DNA from: Patescibacteria group bacterium
GTDB taxonomy: Bacteria > Patescibacteriota > Minisyncoccia > UBA6257 > 02-FULL-45-10c
Direction of reading: 5' to 3'
NCBI GenBank assembly: GCA_018969615.1
Contig: JAGWYA010000002.1
Coordinates: 3,070-67,069, forward strand
Length of the DNA stretch: 64,000 nucleotides
Shown here: one piece after another, positions 43,395 to 52,672 of the stretch
Layout: every line of letters begins with the position of its first letter
How positions within the stretch are numbered: position 1 is the first letter of the stretch
Position numbers and translations under genes: made by a program
The notes under the pieces: model-generated
The model's database searches: none
The model's input: the letters and a program-made list of their open reading frames with translations, nothing else
Told to the model about the DNA's origin: nothing

Positions 43395-43739
43395 ATGGCC
43401 AAACACCAGAAGGGCGAGAAGAAGAGCAAGAAGCAGCTCAAGGAAGAGAAGAAGGCGCAGCAGGAGGCCGCCAAGTCGCACCGCAAGGCCTTCGTGGGTC
43501 TGCCGGCGCGCGAGCGGCATCCGGCGCAGGTGTTGTGCCGCATCCTCCAGTCGAGCGGCCTGAAGGCGATGGGCGAGTACTCGCAGAAGCACGGCCTGCA
43601 GAGGGTCATCGAGTCCCCGCAGGTCATCGCGGCGGTCGCCCGCTACGAGAAGCGCAAGGAAGACCGGCGCGTCGGCCGCCAGAAGAAGGAGGAGGCCGCG
43701 AAGACCGACGAGTCGGTCGCGCAGCAGACGGAGGCCTGA
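43395..43739 (+). CDS. Hypothetical small basic Lys/Glu-rich protein (114 aa) with extreme GC-ending codon usage
   Basis: SD agggaggg then ATG 43395. 109 of 114 codons end in G/C and AAG is used for 18 of 19 Lys codons, unlike the neighbouring rpsT. A terminator hairpin follows at 43745-43782. Confidence 0.55.
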   Translation: MAKHQKGEKKSKKQLKEEKKAQQEAAKSHRKAFVGLPARERHPAQVLCRILQSSGLKAMGEYSQKHGLQRVIESPQVIAAVARYEKRKEDRRVGRQKKEEAAKTDESVAQQTEA

Positions 43740-43744
43740 CACAA

Positions 43745-43782
43745 GCCCCGTTCCATCGAAAGATGGAGCGGGGCTCTTTTTT
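43745..43782 (+). terminator. Rho-independent terminator (gccccgttccatc gaaa gatggagcggggc + TTTTTT)
   Basis: 13-bp stem (one G-U) followed by a T-run, directly after the stop at 43737-43739. Confidence 0.7.
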
Positions 43783-43894
43783 ATTGTTTGTCCAAATTAA
43801 ATTCTGACTGATAGGTCGGAGTTTAATTTGGGTATAAACAATAAACCCCGCCAAAGGCGGGGTAATATCGAGAGGCGATCCTGATCTTGCTTAC

Positions 43895-45676
43895 TTATTT
43901 CTCTCCGGCGAGTCGCGAGAGGTCGCTTTCGGTAATGGCCTTCTTGATCGCTACCGGCATTTTTCCGCCGCGTTTATTGAACGCTTTTTGGATCTTTTGG
44001 CGGCGATCGGTTTCCTGGATTACTTTTTTCATAGAGTCGGTAAGGCGGTCGGCGTACAAAATAACTTTGCCATTGATGGACCGCGCGGCGCGGCCGGCCA
44101 TCTGCATGAGGCCGCGGAAGTTGCGGAGGAATCCTTCACGGTCCGCATCAAGGATCGCAACGAGGCTGACCTCGGGAAGATCGAGCCCTTCGCGGAGCAG
44201 GTTGATGCCGACAATGACGTCGACGATGCCTTTGCGGAGGTCGTTCAGGATCTCCGGGCGCTTCAGGGTCTTTACTTCGGAATGAAGGTAATGCGCTTTC
44301 ACGCCTTTGGCGAGTAAATATTCGGTCAGGTCTTCGGCGGACCGTTTCGTGAGCGTCAGCGCCAGCACGCGCTCATCGCGGTCGCGGCGGATCTCGATCT
44401 CTTTGAGAAGATCTTCAACCTGCGTAGCGACCGGCCGGATCTCAAGATTCGGATCCAAGATGCCCGTCGGGCGAACGACCTGCTCCGCCACATGGGCGCC
44501 GCTTTTTTCGAGCTCGTACGGACCCGGCGTTGCGGAGACGTAAATGGTCTGGCCGATGCGTTCCTGGAACTCGGGGAATTTCAGCGGGCGATTGTCCAGC
44601 GCCGACGGAAGCCGGAAGCCGTAATTGACGAGGTTCGCTTTGCGGCGGCGGTCGCCTTCATACATGGCGCCGAGCTGCGGAACGCTGATGTGCGATTCGT
44701 CGATGAAGAGCAGGAACGGTTTCGGGAAATAATCGAGCAGCGTCGCCGGCGGTTCGCCTGCATTGCGGAACGCAAGATGGCGCGAATAATTTTCGATGCC
44801 GTTCACATAGCCGTTCTTTTTCAGCATTTCGAGATCGAACAGCGTGCGCTTTTCGATGCGGTCGGCTTCTTCGAAGCGGTTCGAGGACTGGAAATCTTCG
44901 ACGCGCTCTTCCATTTCCGATTTAATGTTTGCTAATGCGAGCTTCAGCTTCTGCTGCGGCGTGACCCAGAACTTCGACGGATAGATGTCGAGTTGCTGCA
45001 CGATCTCTTCGTTGCGGATGATCTGCGCGATCTTTTTCTGATTGAACTCAAGCACGGCCTGTTCGCCGGTGACGAGGCTGATCGTGATACGGTCATTGCT
45101 GACGCGGTATTCGCCCGGGTTCGGATCTTTGGTGGTGCGGAGGTACTGCAAAAAGCTGAGATGCCGCGCGGCGTCGCTTGGGCTGAGGCTTTGTCCTGCG
45201 CGGAGCTCAAGGCGGGTTTTGATGTATTCGGTTGGATCGCCGAGGCCGTAAATGCAGGACACGGACGCGATGACGATCGTATCCCGGCGTGCGAGCACGC
45301 TTTGGATCGCCGAGTGGCGGAGCTTATCGATCTCCTTATTGATGCGCGCATCCTTTTGGATGTACATGTTCGTCCGGGGAAGATACGCTTCCGGCTGGTA
45401 GTAGTCGTAGTACGAAACGAAATAGTGAACGGCGTTCTCCGGGAAGAAGGCTTTGAACTCTTGGTAAAGCTGGGCCGCGAGGGTCTTGTTCGGCGAGATG
45501 ATCAGGGTCGGCAAATTCGCGCGCGCGATGACGGACGCCATGGTAAAGGTCTTTCCGGATCCGGTCACGCCGAGCAGGGTCTGATCCTTGGCGCCGGCAC
45601 TGAGGCCTTGGCTCAGTTTTTCGATTGCCAAAGGTTGGTCTCCGGTGGGTTTAAAATTGGATATGAGCTTGAACAT
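43895..45676 (-). CDS. uvrB: Excinuclease ABC subunit B
   Basis: MFKLISNFKPTGDQPLAI start; Walker A GVTGSGKT; DESH box (LFIDESH); beta-hairpin YYDYYQPEAY; C-terminal helicase domain and UvrB/C interaction motif. The ORF track extends 21 codons upstream to 45739. Confidence 0.95.
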   Translation of the reverse strand: MFKLISNFKPTGDQPLAIEKLSQGLSAGAKDQTLLGVTGSGKTFTMASVIARANLPTLIISPNKTLAAQLYQEFKAFFPENAVHYFVSYYDYYQPEAYLPRTNMYIQKDARINKEIDKLRHSAIQSVLARRDTIVIASVSCIYGLGDPTEYIKTRLELRAGQSLSPSDAARHLSFLQYLRTTKDPNPGEYRVSNDRITISLVTGEQAVLEFNQKKIAQIIRNEEIVQQLDIYPSKFWVTPQQKLKLALANIKSEMEERVEDFQSSNRFEEADRIEKRTLFDLEMLKKNGYVNGIENYSRHLAFRNAGEPPATLLDYFPKPFLLFIDESHISVPQLGAMYEGDRRRKANLVNYGFRLPSALDNRPLKFPEFQERIGQTIYVSATPGPYELEKSGAHVAEQVVRPTGILDPNLEIRPVATQVEDLLKEIEIRRDRDERVLALTLTKRSAEDLTEYLLAKGVKAHYLHSEVKTLKRPEILNDLRKGIVDVIVGINLLREGLDLPEVSLVAILDADREGFLRNFRGLMQMAGRAARSINGKVILYADRLTDSMKKVIQETDRRQKIQKAFNKRGGKMPVAIKKAITESDLSRLAGEK

Positions 45677-45741
45677 AGGTATACTAAAGATACGTATTTC
45701 AATGAAAACGCGCGCGGGCGTACCGCGCATGATCCGCACCT

Positions 45742-46335
45742 ATGATCCATTCCCTTATCGGAACACTAAAAGCAAAGGAAGGAAATCAGTTTGTGGTTGA
45801 GTTGGGCCTTGGCGGCCGGAACGGCATCGCATTTTCGATACGGTCTTCGGTTAATGTTGTGCAGAGTTTGCCACAAATTGGCGAAACTGTCAATGTGCTT
45901 ACCTATCTGCACGTGAAAGAGGATGGGATGGAGCTATACGGTTTTCTCAAAAAAGCCGAGCTTGAGTTCTTCCAGTTATTGATCAGCGTCTCGGGGATCG
46001 GACCGAAATCGGCACTTGGGATCTTGGGAACGGAAAGCGTAGATAAGCTTCAGGCGGCGATCAGTGAGGGGCGTATTGAATTATTGACGAAAGCATCGGG
46101 TATCGGAAAGAAGACCGCCGAGCGGATCATTTTGGAGCTGCGATACAAGCTGGTTCAGCCGGGGTCCGAGAAGATCGTCGGTTTAATGGAGTCCGACCGG
46201 GATATCGTGGATGCGCTGGTGAACCTCGGCTATACCGCAGGGCAGGCGAAAGCCGCGCTTGAGAAGCTTGATCCGAAAGTGACAAAAATGGAAGAACGCA
46301 TTAAGCAGGCGCTCAGCGTCTTAAAACGCTCATGA
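45742..46335 (+). CDS. ruvA: Holliday junction DNA helicase RuvA
   Basis: 197 aa; OB-fold N-terminus; two helix-hairpin-helix motifs (GIGPKSALGIL, GIGKKTAERII); C-terminal domain III. Confidence 0.9.
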   Translation: MIHSLIGTLKAKEGNQFVVELGLGGRNGIAFSIRSSVNVVQSLPQIGETVNVLTYLHVKEDGMELYGFLKKAELEFFQLLISVSGIGPKSALGILGTESVDKLQAAISEGRIELLTKASGIGKKTAERIILELRYKLVQPGSEKIVGLMESDRDIVDALVNLGYTAGQAKAALEKLDPKVTKMEERIKQALSVLKRS

Positions 46336-47555
46336 CGAAAATGGAACACCTTCGGTCGCTCTATCATTACACCCTCGCATGGATCGGGAGCATTTGGTAT
46401 GGCCATCCGTCCAAAAAGCTTTTTGTCGTCGGCGTGACCGGCACGAAAGGAAAATCGACCGTGACCGAACTGATCAATGCGATCTTGGAGGCTGCGGGAA
46501 AGAAAACCGCGATCAGCTCATCGGTGCGGTTCAAGATCGGCAGCGAGAGCGTGCAGAATACCACCGGCATGAGCATGCCGGGCCGCTTTTTTATCCAGCG
46601 GTTCTTGGCTGATGCCGTTGCCGAGCACTGCGACTATGCGGTCATTGAAGTGACCTCACAGGGCATCCTGCAGCACCGGCATCGGTTCGTGCATTTTGAT
46701 GCGGCGGTGATCACGAACCTTGAGCCGGAGCATATTGAGGCGCACGGATCGTTCGAGAACTACCGCGACAGCAAAGTCCGCTTGTTCAGTGATGCCGCAT
46801 TTCATTCGGCAAAACACGAGAAAGCGTTCATTATCAATTCGGACGCACGGGACTATGAATTTTTCGTCGGCGCCGTGGGCGAGAAAGGCGTGGTCACGCT
46901 GTTCAATAAACACGATGTGGCGAAGGTGAAGATCAAAACAAAACTGATCGGTGAGTTTAACCTTGAGAACATCGCCGCGGCGATCGCGTTCGCGCGGTCG
47001 CAGGATATTGATTGGGATACGATCAAGAACGCGATCGAGTCGTTCGACGGCGTACCGGGGCGCCTGGAATTCGTCCAAAAGACGCCGTTCCCGGTCATCA
47101 TTGATTATGCGCATACGCCGGATTCGCTCGAGAAGGTTTATCAGACCGTGAAGCCGAAGCATGACAAGCAGGGCGAGCATAAGCTGATCTGTGTGCTGGG
47201 TGCGGCCGGCGGCGGCCGCGACATGTGGAAGCGTCCGGTCATGGGTGAGATCGCCGGGAAGTATTGCGATCAGATCATTCTGACGAACGAAGATCCGTTT
47301 GATGAGGATCCGCAGGAGATCCTTGATGAGATCGAGGCGGGTATTTTGCATACGGCAAAGAAAAAAGTGCGGATGGTCCTCGACCGCCGCGATGCGATCC
47401 GGACCGCGGTCAGGCTCGCGAAGAAAGGCGACACCGTGATCATTACCGGAAAGGGTTCGGAGAGCTCGATCCGCATGGCCGGAGGCAAAAAGATCCCGTG
47501 GAACGAGAAGGAGATCGTCTCAAAGATCCTCAATAGCGAGCGGATTGAAGCGTAG
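46332..47555 (+). CDS. Mur ligase family protein (MurE/MurF-like central and C-terminal domains; N-terminal domain absent)
   Basis: 407 aa; ATP-binding P-loop VGVTGTKGKST; the Mur ligase middle domain. Confidence 0.7.
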   Translation: MTKMEHLRSLYHYTLAWIGSIWYGHPSKKLFVVGVTGTKGKSTVTELINAILEAAGKKTAISSSVRFKIGSESVQNTTGMSMPGRFFIQRFLADAVAEHCDYAVIEVTSQGILQHRHRFVHFDAAVITNLEPEHIEAHGSFENYRDSKVRLFSDAAFHSAKHEKAFIINSDARDYEFFVGAVGEKGVVTLFNKHDVAKVKIKTKLIGEFNLENIAAAIAFARSQDIDWDTIKNAIESFDGVPGRLEFVQKTPFPVIIDYAHTPDSLEKVYQTVKPKHDKQGEHKLICVLGAAGGGRDMWKRPVMGEIAGKYCDQIILTNEDPFDEDPQEILDEIEAGILHTAKKKVRMVLDRRDAIRTAVRLAKKGDTVIITGKGSESSIRMAGGKKIPWNEKEIVSKILNSERIEA

Positions 47556-47598
47556 GAAGCCCGGTGCTATACTGGCGGCAGAAGCTTGGGAGGGTGTC

Positions 47599-47808
47599 AT
47601 GAAACGCTATCACAAGTCGGGATGTGCCGTCGTGTGGAGCCGCCTGCCCGGCGACCCCGTCGGTCCCGTTATTCGGCCTTTGGATGAGATCCTTGAGGCG
47701 ATCACGTGGGAATTTCCGGGTAAGGCGCCTGCTGAGATGGCGCTCACGCCCTGCGACGACGCGCTGATCATGATTCCGCGCGATATTCCCGTGCCGGCCA
47801 TCGAATAG
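47599..47808 (+). CDS. Small hypothetical protein (69 aa)
   Basis: SD gggaggg 5 nt upstream; TATACT at 47570-47575; terminator ccggccat...atggccgg + TTTTT at 47791-47820. Confidence 0.4.
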   Translation: MKRYHKSGCAVVWSRLPGDPVGPVIRPLDEILEAITWEFPGKAPAEMALTPCDDALIMIPRDIPVPAIE

Positions 47809-47882
47809 ATGGCCGGTTTTTGTTGTCTTTATTGCGGAGTATACTAAAGGTAAGGTCGATACTATTTGTATATACATTACGT

Positions 47883-48089
47883 ATGCTTAAAGATCACAAT
47901 CACGATCTGATCAAGCAGCTTTCTGTCAGCTCTTCCAGCCTCTGGCGTATGGAGGAGTATCGAAAGAATGCGAAAGGGTGCCCGCATTGCGAGAAGCTTT
48001 GGGGCGAGGTGGAAAAACTGCAGGAAAAGATCTCGGCGCTGCTGACCGATGAGGTCACGCGGCACGTGAAAGAAGGGAAATTTGAATAA
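47883..48089 (+). CDS. Small hypothetical protein (68 aa) with a CPHC motif
   Basis: Internal ATG of ORF 47820..48089; followed by a 30-nt perfect palindrome terminator aaggatccgccgatatcggcggatcctt (48097-48126). Confidence 0.35.
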   Translation: MLKDHNHDLIKQLSVSSSSLWRMEEYRKNAKGCPHCEKLWGEVEKLQEKISALLTDEVTRHVKEGKFE

Positions 48090-48137
48090 TGAGCCAAGGA
48101 TCCGCCGATATCGGCGGATCCTTGTTATACTGAGCAT

Positions 48138-49484
48138 ATGAAGATCACGTTTTTCGGCGGGACCGGCGAAGTGACCGGTTCGAACTATTTGGTGGAAAGC
48201 GGCGAGACGAAAGTGCTCGTCGATTGCGGTCTGCATCAGGGGGAACATTTTTCCGCTCGGCATAACTGGGAGGCCTTTCCGTACGATCCGAAAGGGATCG
48301 ATGCGGTTTTTGTTACTCATGCGCATCTGGACCATACCGGACGGTTGCCGAAGCTGGTGAAGGAGGGTTTGCGCGGCCGCGTTCATTCAACGCCGCCGAC
48401 CCGCGATTTTGCGAATCTGCTGCTTTTAGATTCAGAACATGTCCTGTTGGATGAAGCGCAGCGGACGGGGAATCCGCCGCTCTACGGCGTCCGGGAGGTG
48501 GAGGATCTGATGGGACAGTGGGATGTGCTGCCGTACCATCAGCCGCTGAAAGTGGGGCCGATGACTGTGACGCTCTATAACGCCGGGCATATTTTGGGAT
48601 CGAGTATCGTGGTCATTGAAGCCGAAGGGAAACGCATCGCATTTTCCGGCGACCTCGGGAACAGCCCGGCGCCGATCATCGGGCCGTACGAGCTCTTGGG
48701 GGACCTCAATATTGATTGCTGCGTGATCGAATCGGCGTACGGCGACCGCATCCATGATCCGGTCGACGAAAAAGTCCTTGAGGACCTGATCGAAGAAACG
48801 GTAAAGAACGGCGGCGTGCTGATGATCCCGGCGTTCGCGATGGAACGCACGCAAAAATTATTATTTACGATCAATGAATTAGTGAATAAGGGAAAGATCC
48901 CGCGCGTTCCGGTCTATCTGGACAGCCCGCTCGCGATCAAAGTGACTGAGGTCTACAAAAAATATACGAAGTATTTCGATGCGTCGACCAAGGCCCTTAT
49001 GCGCGACGATAGCGCCCTCTTTGAGTTTCCGGGATTACATAAGGCGCTGACCACGGAACAATCGAAGGAGATCAATGATGTTCCTCCGCCGAAGATCGTG
49101 ATCGCCGGATCGGGCATGTCGCACGGCGGCAGGATCCTGCATCATGAGAAGCGTTATTTGCCGGACCCGAAGAGCGCGATCCTGTTCGTCGGGTACCAGG
49201 CCGACAAATCGCTGGGGCGGAAGATCCGCGACGGTGTGTCGCCGGTCCGGATCCTCGGAGACGACATTCCGGTCCGCTGCAAGAAAGTTTCCATTGAGGG
49301 CTATTCCGCGCATGCTGATCAGCGCCAGTTGCTTGCCTGGCTTTCGCCGATGCGGAAAACGCTCATGCGGGTGTTCGTGGTCCAGGGCGAGGAGGAGGGA
49401 AGCGATGTACTTGCGCACAAGATCACTGAGGACCTCGGAGTTGCGGCGGAAGCTCCTCAATTCGGCAGAGTCTTTGAGTGCTAA
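48138..49484 (+). CDS. Metallo-beta-lactamase / beta-CASP family ribonuclease (RNase J / CPSF-like)
   Basis: 448 aa; HxHxDH VTHAHLDHTGRLP; beta-CASP motifs (FSGD, VGYQADKSLGR, final His). Confidence 0.8.
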   Translation: MKITFFGGTGEVTGSNYLVESGETKVLVDCGLHQGEHFSARHNWEAFPYDPKGIDAVFVTHAHLDHTGRLPKLVKEGLRGRVHSTPPTRDFANLLLLDSEHVLLDEAQRTGNPPLYGVREVEDLMGQWDVLPYHQPLKVGPMTVTLYNAGHILGSSIVVIEAEGKRIAFSGDLGNSPAPIIGPYELLGDLNIDCCVIESAYGDRIHDPVDEKVLEDLIEETVKNGGVLMIPAFAMERTQKLLFTINELVNKGKIPRVPVYLDSPLAIKVTEVYKKYTKYFDASTKALMRDDSALFEFPGLHKALTTEQSKEINDVPPPKIVIAGSGMSHGGRILHHEKRYLPDPKSAILFVGYQADKSLGRKIRDGVSPVRILGDDIPVRCKKVSIEGYSAHADQRQLLAWLSPMRKTLMRVFVVQGEEEGSDVLAHKITEDLGVAAEAPQFGRVFEC

Positions 49485-49505
49485 GGGGTGTGGTATACTG
49501 ACACT

Positions 49506-50108
49506 ATGGCAGCGAAACTAAGCACCCGAGACCATCTGAAATATAAGATCTGCATTTCCGGCGCGGCTGATACCGGCCATTGCGCTGCGGATGCTCCGCA
49601 GAAGGCTGAACAGCTGGGCCGCGAGATCGCTAAACGCGGTATGGTGTTGGTGACCGGCGCGACCGTCGGCATTCCGTATTGGGCGGCGAAGGGCGCGAAA
49701 GAAATGGGCGGCATGGTCATCGGATTGTCGCCGGCGGCGTCCGAAGCGGCGCATGTGAAAACGTATCAGCTTCCGACGGACTACCACGATGTGATCGTCT
49801 ATACCGGTTTTGAATATTCGGGGCGCAATCTGTTGCTGACCCGTTCCGCGGATGCGATCATTCACATCTGCGGCCGTATGGGAACCTTGAATGAGTTTAC
49901 GATCGCGTTTGAAGACGAGAAGCCGATCGGCGTGCTGGAGGGGACCGGCGGAACTGCGGATGAGCTGCATGATATCGTGAAGAAAATGCATCGCGGACCG
50001 GGGCGGGTGATCTACGGAAAGAATATTTCCGATCTGCTGGACAAGGTGGTCGCCGAGATCGACAAGGACCGGAAGAACAAGGATCACGACCGGTACGTCC
50101 GCGGATAA
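49506..50108 (+). CDS. TIGR00725/SLOG (LOG-like) Rossmann-fold family protein
   Basis: KICISGAADTG...VLVTGATVGIPY...GRMGTLNEF pattern. ATG 49506 lies 7 nt downstream of TATACT (49494-49499), suggesting a leaderless transcript; the ORF track offers GTG 49488 as an alternative. Confidence 0.5.
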   Translation: MAAKLSTRDHLKYKICISGAADTGHCAADAPQKAEQLGREIAKRGMVLVTGATVGIPYWAAKGAKEMGGMVIGLSPAASEAAHVKTYQLPTDYHDVIVYTGFEYSGRNLLLTRSADAIIHICGRMGTLNEFTIAFEDEKPIGVLEGTGGTADELHDIVKKMHRGPGRVIYGKNISDLLDKVVAEIDKDRKNKDHDRYVRG

Positions 50109-50123
50109 CGATCTTTATTTTTT

Positions 50124-50429
50124 ATGCTGAAGAACATTCTTCGATCACTGGGGAAAAAGAAGCCGAAGGTGCGGACCGATAAACCGGTCGGCACGGTGAC
50201 GCATTATTACGGAGGCTTGGGCGTGGCGATCGTAAAATTCAAAAAGATCATGCCGGCGGGAGCTGATGTGCAGTTCTGCGGCGCAACAACCGATTTTTCT
50301 CAGACGCTCGATTCGATGGAACTGAACCGGAAACCGATCGCGAAGGCGCCGAAGGGGAAGGAAGTGGGCATCAAAGTGAAGAAAAAAGTGCGGGAAGGCG
50401 ACAACGTGTACGAAAATAAGGAAGAGTAA
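50124..50429 (+). CDS. Small basic hypothetical protein (101 aa), beta-barrel-like (EF-Tu domain-2-like pattern)
   Basis: VGTVTHYYGGLGVAIVKF...GADVQF...EVGIKV resembles small translation-factor-like beta-barrels. Weak assignment. Confidence 0.35.
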   Translation: MLKNILRSLGKKKPKVRTDKPVGTVTHYYGGLGVAIVKFKKIMPAGADVQFCGATTDFSQTLDSMELNRKPIAKAPKGKEVGIKVKKKVREGDNVYENKEE

Positions 50430-50441
50430 CCGATCGGACGG

Positions 50442-51578
50442 ATGGACTCCTTTTTGAAAACCGTTCTGCAGCCGGCAAGCATCCTTTCAGGAACGATCAT
50501 CGGCGCCGGCGTGTTCGCGCTTCCGTATATTTTCGCGCAGGTTGGCGTGCGCGCGGGTTTGATCGGCCTGGTCCTGTGCGGAGTGCTCTTCGGCTTCCTT
50601 TATTATGTGTATGGCGATGTGATCGCGCGGACGGCGGGCGAGCACCGTTTTGTCGGATATGCGCGGACCTATCTGGGGAAGCCGGGATTCCTCCTTGCGC
50701 TGTTCGTCGGGTTCTTTGAGCTCATCGTGATCCTGGCGATCTACCTGATCCTGGCGCCGAGCTTTTCTCAATTGATCGTCGGCGGCGCGGCGGGATGGCA
50801 TTTGTTGGCTTTCTGGATCATCGCTTCCGCGGTTGCGCTCAGCAGCAATCGGAAAATGGCGTTTCTGGAGTTCCTGATCGTGGCCGGGATCGTCATGATC
50901 ATGGCGCTGCTGTTCATCCTGGGTATTCCGAAGTTTTCGCCGGCGCTGATCTCGGGCGTTGATTGGAAACACTTGTGGAACTTCGCGATCGTCGGTCCGA
51001 TCCTGTTCTCGCTTTCCGGGAGCCTCGCGGTTCCGGAGATCATCCGTTATTTTCATGATGAAAAAATTCCCGTCGCGTTCTTCCGCCGTACGGTTTGGCT
51101 CGGTATGAGCATCGCGATCGTCGCCTATGCGGCATTTGTGCTCGGCGTGCTCAGCCTCTCTCCGGCGGTCTCGTCTGATGCGGTGAGCGGTTTGCGCGGT
51201 GCGGTGGCGCCTGGAGTCCTTGCGGTGATCGGAGTGCTCGGGATCCTTTCATTGTTAAGTTCGTATATCGTTGCCGGGCTCAATGTGCGCCATATCGTCG
51301 AATACGATCTCGGCCTTCCGCGTCTTGCAGGCGCGGGAACGCTCGTTGCGGCGCCGCTGCTGCTTTATATGGCCGGTCTGCAGAATTTCATGGGCGCGGT
51401 GTCGTTCGCCGGGTCCATTTTTCTTCCGTTGGAGAGCATTCTGATCATCTTTATGTGGATGAAGATGCGGCGCCAAACGACCGCGGAACCGGTATTCTCA
51501 GGGGTATGGACCCTAGTTCCGGCAATCGGAGCGTTGGTTATTTTTGTGACTATCCTGTTTTATGCGATACTAAAGTAG
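50442..51578 (+). CDS. Amino-acid permease-like polytopic membrane transporter (about 11 TM)
   Basis: 378 aa; N-terminal SILSGTIIGAGVFALPYIF typical of aromatic/hydroxy amino-acid permease-type transporters. Confidence 0.55.
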   Translation: MDSFLKTVLQPASILSGTIIGAGVFALPYIFAQVGVRAGLIGLVLCGVLFGFLYYVYGDVIARTAGEHRFVGYARTYLGKPGFLLALFVGFFELIVILAIYLILAPSFSQLIVGGAAGWHLLAFWIIASAVALSSNRKMAFLEFLIVAGIVMIMALLFILGIPKFSPALISGVDWKHLWNFAIVGPILFSLSGSLAVPEIIRYFHDEKIPVAFFRRTVWLGMSIAIVAYAAFVLGVLSLSPAVSSDAVSGLRGAVAPGVLAVIGVLGILSLLSSYIVAGLNVRHIVEYDLGLPRLAGAGTLVAAPLLLYMAGLQNFMGAVSFAGSIFLPLESILIIFMWMKMRRQTTAEPVFSGVWTLVPAIGALVIFVTILFYAILK

Positions 51579-51611
51579 ATAAGGCTCTCGAGTAAAATTA
51601 ATATCTTTTTT

Positions 51612-52133
51612 ATGGCGCAAGCGGAAAAACGAGGGACGGGGAATAGTAAGCTTCCGTCTCCACATCGTCGCATCGAGATGTTCGGCGGAGCGCAGAAGGG
51701 AGTCGTCGTATGCGTAAAGTGCGGCAGTTATTTTTATAAGAAGGCCTGGCATCATGACGCTAAGGCGTTCTTGGCAAAGCGCGAAAATAAAGGTATGCCG
51801 GTTACGCAACGTTTGTGCCCGGTGGATGAACGGCTTGCGCAGGGGAAATACGGCGGGAAATTGGTGATAACCCGGGTTCCGGCGGCAGAACAAAAGGACC
51901 TGCTGAATTTGGTTCGCGGATTTTGTGAACGCGCCGAAGATCGCGATCCGCTTGCTCGCCTTATCGCGCTTACGGTAAAAAGCGGCACGGTCACGGTGAC
52001 CGTGAGCGAAAATAGACTTGCGCAGCATCTCGCAAAAAAGATCTCCGATGCGTTCAAAAAGAAAGCGGTGATCGCATACCTTCGTGAGCCGGATGATATC
52101 GCGCAGATCGCCATTGAGTTTTCCGGAAAATGA
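51612..52133 (+). CDS. Hypothetical protein with an N-terminal CxxC zinc-ribbon-like motif (173 aa)
   Basis: VVVCVKCGSYFYKK...RLCPVDERL; no confident family assignment. Confidence 0.4.
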   Translation: MAQAEKRGTGNSKLPSPHRRIEMFGGAQKGVVVCVKCGSYFYKKAWHHDAKAFLAKRENKGMPVTQRLCPVDERLAQGKYGGKLVITRVPAAEQKDLLNLVRGFCERAEDRDPLARLIALTVKSGTVTVTVSENRLAQHLAKKISDAFKKKAVIAYLREPDDIAQIAIEFSGK

Positions 52134-52155
52134 GCCTATCCTGGGGAAGTAGTTC

Positions 52156-52227
52156 GTCCCCGTGGTTCAATGGATAGAACGTAGCCCTCCGAAGGCTGAG
52201 ATCGAGGTTCGATTCCTCGCGGGGACA
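52156..52227 (+). tRNA. tRNA-Arg (anticodon CCG); CCA not encoded
   Basis: 7-bp acceptor stem GTCCCCG/CGGGGAC; D-stem GTTC/GAAC; anticodon stem-loop with loop CTCCGAA (U33, anticodon CCG, A37); T-stem CGAGG/CCTCG with loop TTCGATT; discriminator A. Confidence 0.8.
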
Positions 52228-52363
52228 CAAAGGAAAACAAAGCCTCTTTCGCGCAGTACTGGGTTCTTATACTGCTTCAAAGAGGTTTTGTTTTTAGGAT
52301 AGTAAAAAGAAAAACCTGCTATGACACGTCATAGCAGGTGTATTTATTTTGGAGATGCGCAGG

Positions 52364-52672
52364 CTATTTTTTCTTGAAGATGAAATCCTTTCGGCGAAAG
52401 CCGCGGCTTATAAAATAAGCAAGATGTTCTTCAAGTTCTGAGGCGATTGAGGGATAGAGTAGCTCGAGTTGATCGATGTCGCATCGTTTTGCCCAGGCGG
52501 CGACCGCATTTTTAAGGAGGTCTTCGCTGTAAGCGCAAATGCCGCATGCTCCGCATACGAAATAAGGAGCATGAAACGCGACAAAGGAATACCCTCTTAA
52601 AAGAAGCTCGTTTTTTTCGGGAACTTTTCCGCAAGAAGGGCAGTAAAAATCATCAGACGACAACTCGCTCAT
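52364..52672 (-). CDS. YgiT-type zinc-finger (MqsA N-domain-like) protein, 102 aa
   Basis: YCPSCG...LRGYSFVAFHAPYFVCGACGICAYSE matches the YgiT/MqsA zinc-ribbon pattern. Terminator cctgctatgacacgtcatagcagg (52313-52336) on the minus strand. Confidence 0.5.
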   Translation of the reverse strand: MSELSSDDFYCPSCGKVPEKNELLLRGYSFVAFHAPYFVCGACGICAYSEDLLKNAVAAWAKRCDIDQLELLYPSIASELEEHLAYFISRGFRRKDFIFKKK

